A stretch of 64,000 nucleotides of DNA, from the NCBI GenBank assembly GCA_013416795.1, contig RQSC01000116.1, forward strand, positions 70,363 to 134,362. The letters run 5' to 3'. Source of the stretch: Prasinococcaceae sp. CCMP 1430 (taxonomy: Eukaryota > Plantae > Prasinodermophyta). Shown in pieces: positions 1 through 11,288 of the stretch. The notes under the pieces were generated by a model. That model was not told where the DNA came from. It was given only the letters and a program-made list of their open reading frames with translations, and did not search any database. Each line of letters begins with the position of its first letter. Position 1 is the first letter of the stretch. The position numbers and the translations under genes are program-made.

Positions 1-1
1 C

Positions 2-619
2 GTGAGCGAGACCGAGGGCGTGCAGCTGGATTACTTGTACGAGCAGCTTGGCTGGCCGCTGTACAAGAAGTACGGCCATGCGTACGGCGCCTTCCAGCAG
101 ATCGTGACCGACCCCACCGTGCTGGATGGGCTGACGCGCGTGGATGAGGAGGGCAACGAGGTGGCGTGCGAGCAGCTCGAGGCCAACGTGCGCACTGCGC
201 TGCTCAAGGGAATCAAACGCCGCATGACCCCGCAGCCGCTCAAGATCCGCGCGGATCTGGACATCACGTGCTTCGACTTCGATGGCGTACTCCGCATTCA
301 GGACGCGATGCGGGCCGGTGAGGCCGCGAGCACCGAGGAGTGCCAGGTGAAGTGCAAGCTGGTGGCGCCGCCACTGTACGTGCTCGCCACGTCCACCCTC
401 AACAAGGAGGAGGGCATCACTGCGCTGGAGAAGGGCATCGAGGCGATGCAGGCCGTCGAGGGTGTGCGGCTCATCGTCAAGGAGGCGCCGCGCGCAATTT
501 CCGAGCGCGACGACCGGCTGCTCGCCAAGCAGCTCGAGGATCTGGCCAACCAAAACCAGGAGCAGGACGGCGACGAGGACGAGGAGGAGGAGGGCATGGG
601 CTCGCTGCCGGATGTGTAG
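2..619 (+). CDS. EIF2S1: Translation initiation factor eIF2 alpha subunit, C-terminal part (5' end outside window)
   Basis: Motifs LYxxxGWPLYKKYGHAY, RRMTPQPLKIRADLDITCF and KLVAPPLYV, with an acidic C-tail; TGTAA at 648-652. Confidence 0.93.
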   Translation: MSETEGVQLDYLYEQLGWPLYKKYGHAYGAFQQIVTDPTVLDGLTRVDEEGNEVACEQLEANVRTALLKGIKRRMTPQPLKIRADLDITCFDFDGVLRIQDAMRAGEAASTEECQVKCKLVAPPLYVLATSTLNKEEGITALEKGIEAMQAVEGVRLIVKEAPRAISERDDRLLAKQLEDLANQNQEQDGDEDEEEEGMGSLPDV

Positions 620-647
620 GCGGCGCGCCGTGCACAAACACACACAT

Positions 648-652
648 TGTAA
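648..652 (+). promoter_or_regulatory. TGTAA polyadenylation signal (also at + 31060, + 53259 and - 3743, 6597, 17307, 25204, 38457, 45919)
   Basis: TGTAA lies 10-140 nt downstream of the stop codon of at least nine genes, on the sense strand; this is the known chlorophyte poly(A) signal. Confidence 0.75.
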
Positions 653-802
653 TTCGAACGAGCCACGCGCGGCCATCGACAAGTGCTGACGCGCGGCTCC
701 AATGGGCGCGAGCTGACCTGGCCGTCTCGGCACTGTTGCGCGTGGTGTGTCATATTATTAGGGGTGCCGCGAAGCGCTGAGCTCTTGCCGCAACGGCGCT
801 GC

Positions 803-3532
803 TCACTTGGCTGGCGCCGCCTCCGCGTCGGCGTCGGCGTCGGGCGCGCGGAGGTGCGGCAGCTGCGCGGTCCACGCCTGCAGCTCCTCACGTTCCTCCT
901 CGGTGACGGGCTCGTACTTGGCGAGGTGCGCGATAAACTCGCTCACACACAGCGGCTTCTCCCGCAAGCGCGAGATGCGGCGCGGCGTGAGGACGGCGCG
1001 AATGACGTTCTGGATGGTGCCTGGCGTGTGGTTGGTGCTGATGTGCGCCAGCGTGGAGATGTCGAAGGCGTGATCGAGGCGGCCGCCGTGCTTGACCAAT
1101 AAGCTCTCGTATAACGACTGGACGCTCCCGTAGTCGGGGACGGGCGTGTATATGACCTTGTCGAAGAAGTCCATGAAGGCCTTGTTGTCCTTGACCGCCT
1201 TGCCTTTGGGCTTCGGGCCCAGGATGAGCTGTGGCTTGTTAGAGTTGCCCACGATGACCACTTGCTCACCCGGGCTCAGCGATTTGTACTCCTTGAGAAG
1301 CTCCTTCTTGATGCGCCCAGGCGCCTCCTTTGTGCCGAACTCCTTCACCATCTTCTTGTCGCTCACGAAGACCTTCTCTGCCTCGTCGATGTAGATGATG
1401 GCCGGCGCCATGGTGCGCGCGACCTTGAACACCATGTGTATGAGCAGGTTGACGGCCTTGCCAGGGTACTTGGTGTCGGTGTTGCGCGGTGACAGGTTGA
1501 AAAATGTGGCGCCCGTGGCCGCAGCGGCCGCATGTGTGAGCAAGGTCTTGCCCGAGGCTGACGTGCCATACAGCAGCACCGCCTTCGTGGGTGGCGCCTT
1601 GCGGTGCACCTCCTTGGATCCCAGCGGCAGCACGACGTACTCGGTCACCTGCTGGCGCACCTGCGCCATTGAGGGCTGCGGGGTCGCGTTGGCGCTCTCC
1701 AGCGTCGCGCCCAGGTAGTTGAACGCGCCCACGTAGTCGGCGATCTCATGCTGCGGGTAGGGCTGGATGATGTTGTTCATCACAAGCTCTGAGTACAGAC
1801 TCTCAATGGAGCGGTCTGCGGTGGGGTCCTTCTTTCCCTTGCCTTTCTTGCCCTTCTTGCCCTTGTCCTGCTTCCCCTTCTTCCCCTTCTTTCCCTTCTT
1901 TCCTTTCTTGCCCTTTCCTTTCTTCTTCTTGCCCTTCTTGCCCAGTTTGACGGCGCGCTCGGCCTCAACCATCTCCTTGAGGTTCTGCAGCAGCACGATC
2001 ATCTCCCGATCGACCTCTTGGCGAATCTCCTCGAGCACTACCGGCCGCAAGTCGTCCTTGACCAGCTCGGCGTCGTACTTCTGGAAAAAATTGGCGCTGT
2101 CGTCCTTTCCCTGCCATGTTCCCAGGTACTCGGCGACAGCGTCATGAATGTCCTGCAGAAATATGTTGGGTAGCGCCTCCTCGTCGCTCGCGTCCTCCTC
2201 CTCTGTGTCCTTCTTGCCGGCTTTGCCGCCCTTGCCTTTGGCACCCTTGCCTTTGGCGCCCTTGCCCTTGGCGCCCTTGCCCTTGGCGTCCTTGCCTTTG
2301 GCGCCCTTGCCCTTGGCATCCTTGCCCTTGGCATCCTTGCCCTTGGCGTCCTTGCCCTTGGCGTCGGCCTTCGCATCCCCTCCTTCCGTGTCCTCCGGCT
2401 CCTCCTTGGGTGGCGGATTCAGAATGAGTTTGGAGCCGCCCTCGTCTTGGCTAGGGAAGTCCGGGTAGTTACCCGACTCGGGGTTGCGATTCTCCACGAA
2501 CCACGTGTTGATCTTGTCCTGGATCGTCTCGCGCATCTCCTGCCCCTCGACGTCGCGCACCTTGGCCTTGAGCGTCACAATCGCGTTCTCGTACTCGGTG
2601 AAGTTGTCAGCTTGCACAAGGCGGCGCCGTTCGAGGTTCTTGTGCACCTTGAGCACCGGGTCGACCGCGGCGTCTCGCGACGGCTTGCGCATGCCAATGA
2701 ACACCAGCTCTGAGTGCATGGCCTGGCGCATGCGCAGGCGCGCGAGCCAGCCGCGAACGGCCGCCTGAACGCGCACGGCGGCCTCTGCGCGGCTCATTGG
2801 CTCCACGCCCATTCGTTGGAGCCGCAGCTCGTGCGCTTGCTGCTCCTTGATGGAGCGCATCACGCGCGCGCGCTCCCGCCCCTGCCGGCCGCGCTCGTTG
2901 ACCTGGATGACGCGGATGGCCTCGTCCTCGTCGAGTGGAAGGAGGACAGGCGGCCCGTGCTCCTCAGGCACGCTCACCTGGAACTTTTCTATGAGCGCCC
3001 CGAGGAACTTTTTGCGCTCGCCCAGCTCCTTTGAGCGGTCCTCGGTGAAGAACTTCGGCACCGTGACCTCGAGCACGTCGGGTGTCAACTTGAGGTCCAC
3101 CAGGATGCTGTCGAGGTGCACCACGTCGTTGCCACCGTTGAGCTTGACCATCGCAGCGCGCACCTCGAGCACACGGCCCATGCACGCCTCCAGCGCCTTC
3201 TTCACCGTAAAACGCTTCTGCGGGTGCACCATTTGGTCGTAGCACTCGCTCAGCTTGCTGAAGGTCTGGAGGTACTTGATGTAGAGGCAGCTGTACGCAG
3301 CGAGGTCTGCCGGCGCGAGCGACGGGTCGTCGGGGCTCTCTGCCTCCAGCAGGTCGAGGAGCTCCGTCATCGCCTCGGCCCATTGCGCGTTGAACGTGCT
3401 GCGGGCGGGGCGCCGAGCACGCGCGCGAGCAGAGGGAGCGAACAGCGGGGCGCAGGCATGCGGCCGCGTCAGCGCGGTCCCGCGCCATCGGCCGCGCGAC
3501 GCATTCCCGTTCGGGGCCTGCGGCGGCGACAT
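803..3532 (-). CDS. IQCA1: IQ and AAA domain-containing protein / dynein regulatory complex subunit 11
   Basis: N-terminal YIKYLQ..YDQMVHPQKR motif, IQ motif (VQAAVRGWLAR), Lys-rich linker, degenerate AAA module (LLYGTSASGKT; IIYIDEAEK). The start is tentative; a short 5' intron with acceptor at 3400-3402 is possible. Confidence 0.88.
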   Translation of the reverse strand: MSPPQAPNGNASRGRWRGTALTRPHACAPLFAPSARARARRPARSTFNAQWAEAMTELLDLLEAESPDDPSLAPADLAAYSCLYIKYLQTFSKLSECYDQMVHPQKRFTVKKALEACMGRVLEVRAAMVKLNGGNDVVHLDSILVDLKLTPDVLEVTVPKFFTEDRSKELGERKKFLGALIEKFQVSVPEEHGPPVLLPLDEDEAIRVIQVNERGRQGRERARVMRSIKEQQAHELRLQRMGVEPMSRAEAAVRVQAAVRGWLARLRMRQAMHSELVFIGMRKPSRDAAVDPVLKVHKNLERRRLVQADNFTEYENAIVTLKAKVRDVEGQEMRETIQDKINTWFVENRNPESGNYPDFPSQDEGGSKLILNPPPKEEPEDTEGGDAKADAKGKDAKGKDAKGKDAKGKGAKGKDAKGKGAKGKGAKGKGAKGKGGKAGKKDTEEEDASDEEALPNIFLQDIHDAVAEYLGTWQGKDDSANFFQKYDAELVKDDLRPVVLEEIRQEVDREMIVLLQNLKEMVEAERAVKLGKKGKKKKGKGKKGKKGKKGKKGKQDKGKKGKKGKGKKDPTADRSIESLYSELVMNNIIQPYPQHEIADYVGAFNYLGATLESANATPQPSMAQVRQQVTEYVVLPLGSKEVHRKAPPTKAVLLYGTSASGKTLLTHAAAAATGATFFNLSPRNTDTKYPGKAVNLLIHMVFKVARTMAPAIIYIDEAEKVFVSDKKMVKEFGTKEAPGRIKKELLKEYKSLSPGEQVVIVGNSNKPQLILGPKPKGKAVKDNKAFMDFFDKVIYTPVPDYGSVQSLYESLLVKHGGRLDHAFDISTLAHISTNHTPGTIQNVIRAVLTPRRISRLREKPLCVSEFIAHLAKYEPVTEEEREELQAWTAQLPHLRAPDADADAEAAPAK
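2228..2362 (-). repeat. 15-nt coding tandem repeat, 9 x AKGK(D/G), inside IQCA1
   Basis: Visible cccttgcc(c/t)ttggc units, in frame with the ORF. Confidence 0.9.
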
Positions 3533-3862
3533 ATTCCGGCGGCTTGCAATGCCCAAATGCACGTAACCATCAAAAGCTGCGCTGGGGGTGCGTTTTCGCA
3601 GGCGGCGTGCTGCGCATTCAGACCGCGCTGCGCGCGCCCTGCCTCCCCCGCCCTCCCCCCGGCCGCGCGTACGCGCGCGCCCCGCCCGGGCCGGTTCCGT
3701 GCTCCGCAGCCGCGGCACGGCGCAAGGTGTACAGTATGTAATTTACATGCAGTGGACGCGCGACGGCGAACGAGGCAACGAGAGCGACGACCAGCCAGCC
3801 AGTCCACTGCCCGCACGTGTGGCGAGGGCTCCCGGGCGTCCTCCTCCTCGCCGTCGTCGTCG

Positions 3863-5242
3863 CTACGCCGCCGCGCCGGCGGCCGCCCCGGCGCGCTTCC
3901 AGCGCGCGCATGCCCGGGCGTGGGCGAACAGGAGCGGCACCAGCGCGAGCGTCGCGAGGCGACAGCCTGCTCCGATCCACAGCAACGCGGGCAGGCGGCT
4001 GTAGTCGTCCAGCGTGAGATCGAGCGCGCTCACGATGGGCGCCGTCAGCCAGCCGCCCACCGTGTCGCCCAGGTCCATCATCGCGAGCAGAGCGCCGTAC
4101 ACGGCGCCAGTGGGGGCCGCGTGGGCGCGCGGGCGCGAGGCAGCCCTGGCGCCGCCGCCCTCGCCGCGATCGCCCGCGGAGAGAGCGCCGCCCGCGCTCG
4201 CGGGGCTGCTGTCAGCGTCGTCGCCGGCAGCCGCCACGACGGCCACCGCGGCATCGAGCGCGAGGGAGGGCCTCGGCAAGAAGGCCACCTGCGACAGCAG
4301 GGTCTGCGCGACGTGGATGGCCGCCACCCACCCGAAGGTGCGCGTGGTTGCGCCCGACGGCGTCCCCGCGTACTCATAAGCGAGCGGCAGCGGCAGAAGG
4401 GCGCCCGCTGTCGCCATGAGCGTCGAGACGGCCGCCAGCGTGGGCAGCGACCACCCGCGGCAGCCCGCGCCGACTCCGAACACGAGCGCGGCCAGGAGGG
4501 ACGCAACAGCGCTCAGGGTGCTCAGCGCCTGAATCTTGCAGGGCTCGGCGCCGAACATGGCGAACTCAAACGACCCCCATTGCACGCTTGCCGACGGCGT
4601 GGCCGACGCAAGGAAGACGTACGCGCAAGACGGCAGCAGGAGTGTCGATGCCCCGGCGCCCGTGGAGCAACGCGAGCCCAGCGCGCGCCACGCGCGTTTG
4701 CAAAGGCCGCGCAGCCCTTCCGCGCCACGTCCGCGGCGCTCCGATGCGGCCGAGTCGTCCGCGGCACCGCGCGCGCCCCCGTCGCGGCGCCGCGTGCGCC
4801 GTCTGTGCGCCCATGCCGCCGCTGCCGCCGCCACGAGCACGAGCGTCGACGCGCACGACAGCACCACGGCGACCAATGCCCACGCTGACACCTCCGTGCC
4901 GCCGGACGAGCGCGCGTCCGGTGCGCGCAGACGCACGTGGCCGTGAACCAGCGGCCGCATGCCCAACCAGAGAGCGTTGAGCTGCATGGCGCCCACGAAG
5001 AGCACCAGCGGCAGCGGAGCGCCCAGAGCGCGCGCGGGGCCCGAGGGCGCGCCAGAGAGGGATTGCGGCAGCTGCTTCGGGGACTCGCCGCTGCTGCCGT
5101 GGCTGCCGTCGCCCCTATTCCCTGGCCCCCCGGTGCGCTCCTGGTCCTGCTGCAGCAGTGGCTCGAGGAGGTGTTGGGACTCGGCGCCGTTCGCAGCGCT
5201 CGCGGCGTCCCACCGCCGCGCGGTCGCGCGGTCGCGCGCCAT
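3863..5242 (-). CDS. MFS transporter, folate-biopterin transporter (BT1)-like
   Basis: Multiple hydrophobic helices; C-terminal GAVYGALLAMMDLGDTVGGWLT..LDLTLDDYSRL pattern typical of BT1; TGTAA on the minus strand at 3743-3747. Confidence 0.6.
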   Translation of the reverse strand: MARDRATARRWDAASAANGAESQHLLEPLLQQDQERTGGPGNRGDGSHGSSGESPKQLPQSLSGAPSGPARALGAPLPLVLFVGAMQLNALWLGMRPLVHGHVRLRAPDARSSGGTEVSAWALVAVVLSCASTLVLVAAAAAAWAHRRRTRRRDGGARGAADDSAASERRGRGAEGLRGLCKRAWRALGSRCSTGAGASTLLLPSCAYVFLASATPSASVQWGSFEFAMFGAEPCKIQALSTLSAVASLLAALVFGVGAGCRGWSLPTLAAVSTLMATAGALLPLPLAYEYAGTPSGATTRTFGWVAAIHVAQTLLSQVAFLPRPSLALDAAVAVVAAAGDDADSSPASAGGALSAGDRGEGGGARAASRPRAHAAPTGAVYGALLAMMDLGDTVGGWLTAPIVSALDLTLDDYSRLPALLWIGAGCRLATLALVPLLFAHARACARWKRAGAAAGAAA

Positions 5243-5672
5243 GCTCGCCGCCGCGACCGAGCGCCATGCGGCGCGACCGCGCAGTGGCGCGCCGCCGCCG
5301 CTTTCGGACCGACCGGGCCGGCCCGTCCGCCCGCGCGATTTCTCGCCGAAAATACCCCCAAAATACTCTAAATCAAAAATCAGTCGACCTCGAATGTACA
5401 GTATGGCGCGGCAAATACCCACCTTTTTTTTTGGCTCTCGCTGTCCGCCCGTTGCGCGAGGTCACTCAGCATGTCACGGCCGCTCGCCCGCGGGGCAAAA
5501 CAAAAACAAAAAAAAAAACGTCGGTCGTGCGCGCGCGCGGCGCACGCCGCTCCAGAGTGAGTGCGTTTTGATGGGCGGCAGGGACGGGTGCGGATTCTCT
5601 GCCGGGCCGGATGGTGGCCGCGCCCTTCTGCGCCACACCCGCGCGCGCGCGACGCCCGCCCGCGCCGCAAGC

Positions 5673-6026
5673 ATGTCGGCCGGCCAGGCGGTCAAGGTGT
5701 TCGCGCAGCCCGCGAAGAAGGTCATCCACCACACACACATCTCGGTGACCAAGGTGCGCGCGCGCTGGCCCTGTCGCGCGCGCGAGCTCGCTCGCTCGCT
5801 CGCTCGAGCGCTCTGTGCTTTTTGGGGCGCGGCGACTGACTGCGCGTCTGCCGCCTTCGGCGCCGCGCAGGAGATCGCCATGGGCCTGGGCCTCGGCCTG
5901 ATCGCAGGCCTCGGGTGGAAGCAGTACCACTGGCACTACATGAAGGAGAAGAAGGCGTGGTACGACGGCGTCGCGGCGGGGAAGATCAACCCATTCGCAG
6001 AGGCAGCTGTCGAGATCGAGGAGTGA
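5673..6026 (+). CDS. COX5C: Cytochrome c oxidase subunit 5c (plant type), 78 aa, intron 5754-5870
   Basis: Spliced product ...SVTK|EIAMGLGLGLIAGLGWKQYHW..KAWYD matches the plant COX5C pattern; GT..CTGAC..CAG intron in phase 0. Confidence 0.85.
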   Translation: MSAGQAVKVFAQPAKKVIHHTHISVTKVRARWPCRARELARSLARALCAFWGAATDCASAAFGAAQEIAMGLGLGLIAGLGWKQYHWHYMKEKKAWYDGVAAGKINPFAEAAVEIEE

Positions 6027-6610
6027 GGCCGTCGCTCCGAGTCAGAACAGCGGCGTGTGCTTCCCAACCCTAATGCAGGCTGGGGCGGAGCGGCGGCGGC
6101 GCGCGGCCAGCGCGCGCATGCGCGCGCGCGCGGTGCTCGCGGGCGTCGGGGGAGAGGAGGAATGCGCGCGTGCATCCTGCCTTCCCACCGCCGCCTGCGC
6201 TGGCGCGCGCGCGGAACGCCCCCGCGCTTGCTCGCGCCTGTCTGCGCAATTTTTTCGGGCGGCGCGCCTGCGCTCTGAACTCTTCAATTTTTGTACAACA
6301 ACAACGCCTAGCCGCGGACGGCGGCCTGTTGGCCCGAGGAGGGCGATGAGGCTGGTGGTGTGTGTAGCGGGAACGGGCAGTGGTATGGCGCTCGCGTTGG
6401 TTTGAGGGTGGAGTCAGGAGCCGCGAGCCGCTGGCCGCTGACACTCTCGCTCGCGAAGGGATGGGATGGGATGCGATGGGTCTGGCGCTTCGTCGTCGTG
6501 GTGCACGCGCGACGCGCGGCGGCCCTCAGGCCTTGCGTGGGACACTAGCGCCCGCAGGCGAAAACTCGAATGAATGCGCACCCTGGGCGTGCTTGCTTAC
6601 ACGCAGCGCG

Positions 6611-8180
6611 TTACTGCTGCTTGCACTCGGGCGGCTGCTCAGCGCCCCCCTGAGCGTCCGGCTTGGCGCCCGCTGGCGCGCCAAATGTGACACCGACGGA
6701 CTTGGAGGAGTCGTCCCCCCCGTCTTCGTCGCTGTCCTCGTAGTCCTCGTCGCCATCCTCGTCATCGCCGTGCTCGTCATCGTTCTCGTCGTCGCTGTCG
6801 CTGTCATCTTCGACTGCATCGCCGGTGAACCAGTCAATGGCACAAGGGACAATCTTGTTGCGCAGCGCCAGCCCCATCTCGTAGTCGGTCTCCATGTGAT
6901 CCTGAAGCTCCTCCGCTTCCTCCTCATCCAAGTCGCTCTCATCCTCGGGCATCTCGGGGGGATTGAAGAAGTGGAAGAACGAATCCACCTTGCGTGATCG
7001 AGCGTGTGTGGGCATCGGGGGGCGGGTCAGGCGTGCGCGCAACAGAGCGCGGGAGCGAGAAGCCGACGCACGGGCGCACGGAGGGTCCCACACCGCCGTG
7101 CATGCCGCAGCCGCGCGGCCGTTCGCACCTTCTCCCGCTTGGTCTGGACCTTCCCCTTGGGCCCACCCTTCTTGGACTTCTTCTTCAAGAGCTTGGTGGT
7201 GACGTCCTTGCCCTTCTTCCAGTCGATCTCGGTGCCACGCGCCTCGTCGAGCAGCTGCTCCTCCTCGTCGATCATCACGTACTCCTTCCTGAGCACGGTG
7301 TTGTCGAAGAAGGGATTGTCGCGGAAGTGGAACTCAAGCCAGAAGCCCTCCTCCTCCTCGCCCGTCAGCTTGCCAGTCTTGATGTCCTCGACGTACTCGA
7401 GCACCTCAGCATCGTTGTCCGTGATGGCCGGGCCAATCGCCTCGTGGTGGCGCATCGCCTGCAGCCAGAAGTCGGGGATGCCCTTCTCATCGCTGCTCGA
7501 CGCAGTCAGCGCAGCAGCGAGCGCGCATGGCGCGATCGCATGCGCTGGCGTCAGATACGCGGCGATTTGGCGCGTTGGGGCGGGCGCGTGCTTGCATGCG
7601 TGCATTGAACGCGGCCCGATGAACGTGCGGCGCGCGTGCGCAGATGCACGCACCCATCCTCGTTGTTCTCAACGACGACGCCCTCCGCAGCTGCCGCGGC
7701 CGCAGCGGCGGCCGAGCCGGACTCAGGGCCCGCCTCGACCTCCTCGTCAGTGGGCTCTGCCTTGCCAGTGACAACCTCCTTGCGACGCGTCAGAAGTGGG
7801 TCGTAAAGCTTCGCGTATTTGGCCTCGAGAGCGGCGCGCTCCTCCTGCAGGAGCGGGAGAGAGGGGCGAGGCGGCGGGGCGCGAGCGGGTGAGAAGCGGC
7901 GGGCCTCGGTCAGTTGGTGGGCAGCTCGCGCGGTGCGGCGCGGCCCCGCCTCCAGCGCGCCCCCCAGCTACCGAGCTGCGCCCCTCGCCGGCGCCGGCGT
8001 GCCGCGCGCGCGCTGCCGTACCAGGAACTTCTCGTACAGCTCGTCGCGCTGCGCCTGCAGGCCGCGGAGCGCGCGCACGCGACGTCGGATCGCCGGCGGC
8101 AGCGTGTCAACGAAGCTCACGCCGAGCTCGGAGAGCTTCTTCTGCAGCGCGGCGAGCTGGGCGGCGTCGATGCCCTCCAT
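6611..8180 (-). CDS. NAP1: Nucleosome assembly protein 1 (4 exons)
   Basis: LPPAIRRRVRALRGLQ, EERAALEAKY, KGIPDFWL, LEFHFRDNPFFDN, GTEIDWKKGK, DSFFHFF, C-terminal PPECKQQ (CaaX-like); introns near 8020-7847, 7655-7495 and 7128-6990. Confidence 0.95.
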
Positions 8181-8781
8181 CGCGCCGGTCGCGCGCCGCA
8201 CCGCCGCCCACGTCCCCAGCGCGTGCCCCGCGCGTGCGGTGTGGCGCCGCACCCGCCCACGGCCCCACCCCCCGGCGCCCACAGGCCCGCCGCCGGCAGC
8301 AGCCGCCGCCGTGCCGCCTGCGATTCACAAATGACCCGTCCCGACCCAGGTCTAATCGCTCATTCCATACCCTGTCCTCACGGCGCCGACCCCGGTCTCA
8401 CTTGGATCTTACCGAGGTCAGAGCGGGCCGTGAGCGCGGGCACGCGCCGCACGGCGGCGTCCCGCCAAGCCCAAGGCGCGAGTGCGGTTCGACCCGTGGC
8501 TTGTTGTCTCCTGCCTTCCTTTCGATCCGAGTTGGCGTGCCGTTTTGTCCCACTTGGCCTGGTCAAACAATGCGGTTCCCCGCAGCGCGCGTAGTTGGCA
8601 CGCCCGCGCGCCACAGCGCGTGCGGGGGGCAGGCCGGCGCTGGCGGGCGGCCCCGCCCAGGGGGGCGGGGCCGCGTAGGCGGCAGGGTGGGGTTTGGTTG
8701 GAGGGTCGAAAGACGACGCCACGCTCGGAGAGTGTGGGTTGGCGGTGCGGTGCACTCTGGCAGGGTGGCAAACGCCGCAGG

Positions 8782-10170
8782 ATGTGCGATGCCGGGACTG
8801 ATGGCGGCGCGAGCACGGGCGCGGGCGCTGGCGCGGGACTGGGGGGCGCCGTCGCCGCGCGCGAGGAGCTGCGCTTGCTGCGCGCCGCGCTGCGGGCGCT
8901 ACGCGCCGATGCCGCAGAGGGGCTCGCGTGGGCACGCGCGGCCATCGGCCGCGCGGCGCGCGCAGCTGAGGGTGCTGCGGCGGAGCTGGAGGCTGAGCGG
9001 CGCGACAAGGCCATGCTAAAGCAGAGCCTCGCGGACCGCGACCGGGTCGATGCAGAGCTGCGCGCGGGGATCAAGGCGGCCGAGTCCGCGGCTGATGCAG
9101 CAAGACTCGATGCCGCTCGTGCGCGAGATGCCGCGGCCGCCGCCGCGCGGCAGTGCGCGGCTGCCGAGGCCGGACGCGACGCGGCCGCCAGACGCGCGGA
9201 GCGGCTCGAGTCAGAGGCGGCCACCGCGGCAGAGGAGCGCCGTCGCGAGGCGCTTACCGCCACGCTGGAGCCGCGCGGCGTATCCCGCGAGAAGTACGCC
9301 GAAATGGAGACAGAGCTCGCAGCGAAGGCCGCGCAGCTCGACGCAGCCACGGCAGAGCTCGACGAGGAGAAGGTGCTGCATGCCGGGAGGCTGGCCGAGC
9401 TCCAGGAGGCCTTCCAGGCCAAGATTCGCAACCTGCGGCGGGCCAGCGAGGAAGCCGAGGTCGAGGCAGCGAGGAGCAAGGTGAACGCCGGGACGCCGGG
9501 TGCGCACGTCGACGTTGAGGTCGCGCTTAAGGACGCGGTGGCCAGGGCAGAGGCGGCTGAGAGGTGCGCTGCAGCCGCCGAGGAGCGCGCCGAGCAGGCG
9601 GAGCGAGCAGCAGAAGAACACAGAGAGTTTGCGAAGAGAGTAGAGGCGACCGAGCGCGACGCCATTGCAACGGCGAGTGCGAAGGACAGAGAGCTCCGAG
9701 GCGCACGCGCGGAGATCGAGACTGCTAAGCAGAGTATGGCCGTCGCGGAGGCCGCGCTCGCCGCTGAGCGGCAGCGCGCGGAGCGAGCGGAGGCCGCCGC
9801 GGAGGCGAGTGCTTCAGAAGCTGGCGGCGCCGACCCTGAGGTGCTCGCGGCCGTCGAGGCGATGGAGGCGCAAATGATGCGCTTGTCCTCTATCGTGCGC
9901 GCACGTGACGCCGAGGTGGCTACGCTCAAGGCAACCGTGCACGAAGCGTGCCGCGAGCGCGGCGAAGCGCAGCGCGCATTGCTCGAGGCGCGCCAGCGCG
10001 AGCGTGAGTCCGCCAAGGCGCTCGAGCTCGCGGCACACTCGCAGGCTCATAGCGGCGGTGGTGGGGCCAGCCTGCGCGGAACTGGCTCCGCGCGCAAGAA
10101 GCCGCCTTCGACATTTGGGAGCAACGGTGGCCGGGGAAGGCCGCAGCGACTGGCGCCGCTGGCGCGATGA
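8782..10170 (+). CDS. Long coiled-coil protein of unknown function
   Basis: About 460-aa A/E/R-rich heptad-like ORF with coding-type codon bias; no family motif recognised. Confidence 0.7.
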   Translation: MCDAGTDGGASTGAGAGAGLGGAVAAREELRLLRAALRALRADAAEGLAWARAAIGRAARAAEGAAAELEAERRDKAMLKQSLADRDRVDAELRAGIKAAESAADAARLDAARARDAAAAAARQCAAAEAGRDAAARRAERLESEAATAAEERRREALTATLEPRGVSREKYAEMETELAAKAAQLDAATAELDEEKVLHAGRLAELQEAFQAKIRNLRRASEEAEVEAARSKVNAGTPGAHVDVEVALKDAVARAEAAERCAAAAEERAEQAERAAEEHREFAKRVEATERDAIATASAKDRELRGARAEIETAKQSMAVAEAALAAERQRAERAEAAAEASASEAGGADPEVLAAVEAMEAQMMRLSSIVRARDAEVATLKATVHEACRERGEAQRALLEARQRERESAKALELAAHSQAHSGGGGASLRGTGSARKKPPSTFGSNGGRGRPQRLAPLAR

Positions 10171-10332
10171 CACGAGAGCCGCGCCACTGTGACATAGACT
10201 ATTGTTTTGTAGTGACGAGCCTGAACGTGCGGCCCGCGTAGCGCGCTCGAGCTCGTTGTGTGCCGGAAAGGACGACGGAAAAATGAGCGCTCCTCGTTAC
10301 ACTAGGAGTGGAACAGGAGGGGCAGCCAACGC

Positions 10333-11288
10333 TCAGAGCTTCGCCCGCGACAATCCCGCAAGCCCACCGCCGTCGACGACGAGGCACACTCCCGTGGTCC
10401 ACGCCCCGCCGCGCCCCACGAAGTACAGCACGGCGGCTGCCATGTCCTCCGGCGTACCCACGCGCCCAAGTGGCACGCTCCCGGCGATCTTCTCCTTGCT
10501 GGCATACTTCTCGAGCTGGCCGGACATCTTTGACGGCACGATGCCCGGCGCGAGCGCGTTCACGGTGATGCGCTTCGACGCCAATTCCCCGGCCAGTTTG
10601 GTGGTGAGGTGGTGCACAGCCGCCTGATGCGGGAGGCGGGGCACGCGAGTGTCAGCAGCGCGCGTTGCCAGGGCAGGCGCAGCGCGCTAGAGCACCCCGC
10701 ACGGACGGCCGCCGTGCAATTGTGCTCGCGCATATCTCCAGCCAGCTCGCCGGGTCTCACCTTTGACGCGTCGTAGCTGTACGTTGGCCACAGCTGCGGG
10801 CGGATGCCAGCGACGCTGCCGACGTTGACGACGCGCGCCGGATCCGCGTCCGTTGCGGCGGCCTCAAGCAGCGGCATGCACGCGCGCGTGAGGTTGAAAA
10901 TCGCCTTGACGTTGAGGCTCATCACCTTGTCCCAACCCTCGTCGGGGAACGTATCCATCGGCGCACCCCAGCTCGTGCCAGAGTTGTTCACAAGCACGTG
11001 CAGCTCGCTCGTGTGGAGCCGGAGCCGCTTTGCGAGGTCGACGCATGCGTCATTGGCTGACAGGTCAACGCCACCGAGCGACGTGCACGTGCCAGGCCCC
11101 CTCGCAGTGAGCCCCGCTGCGACCTTGTCGCAGACTGCGGCGGTGCGGCTGCAAATGAAGACTCGCGCCCCGTTGGCGACCAGGCCGGCAGCAACCATCA
11201 GGCCGATGCCGCGCCCGCCACCCGTCACGAGGCACGCCTTGCCGCGGACGCCAAAGAGCGAGGCGACATCGAGCGCCGGGGCCGCCAT
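10333..11288 (-). CDS. Short-chain dehydrogenase/reductase (RhlG-like), intron 10760-10624
   Basis: TGGGRGIG, VNNSG, YDASK catalytic YxxxK spanning the splice, ITVNALAPG, VDGG; spliced length 272 aa. Confidence 0.92.

Noticed and set aside
3116-4888. Long antisense or alternative-frame ORFs (also 8418-10016, 20310-22238, 48655-50025, 48813-49835 and many others)
   Set aside because: Shadow ORFs expected at about 70% GC; Arg/Ala/Pro-rich, with no motifs, and overlapping well-supported genes
8486-8495. GGTTCGACCC tRNA T-loop-like motif
   Set aside because: The T-stem does not pair and no cloverleaf or A-box can be built
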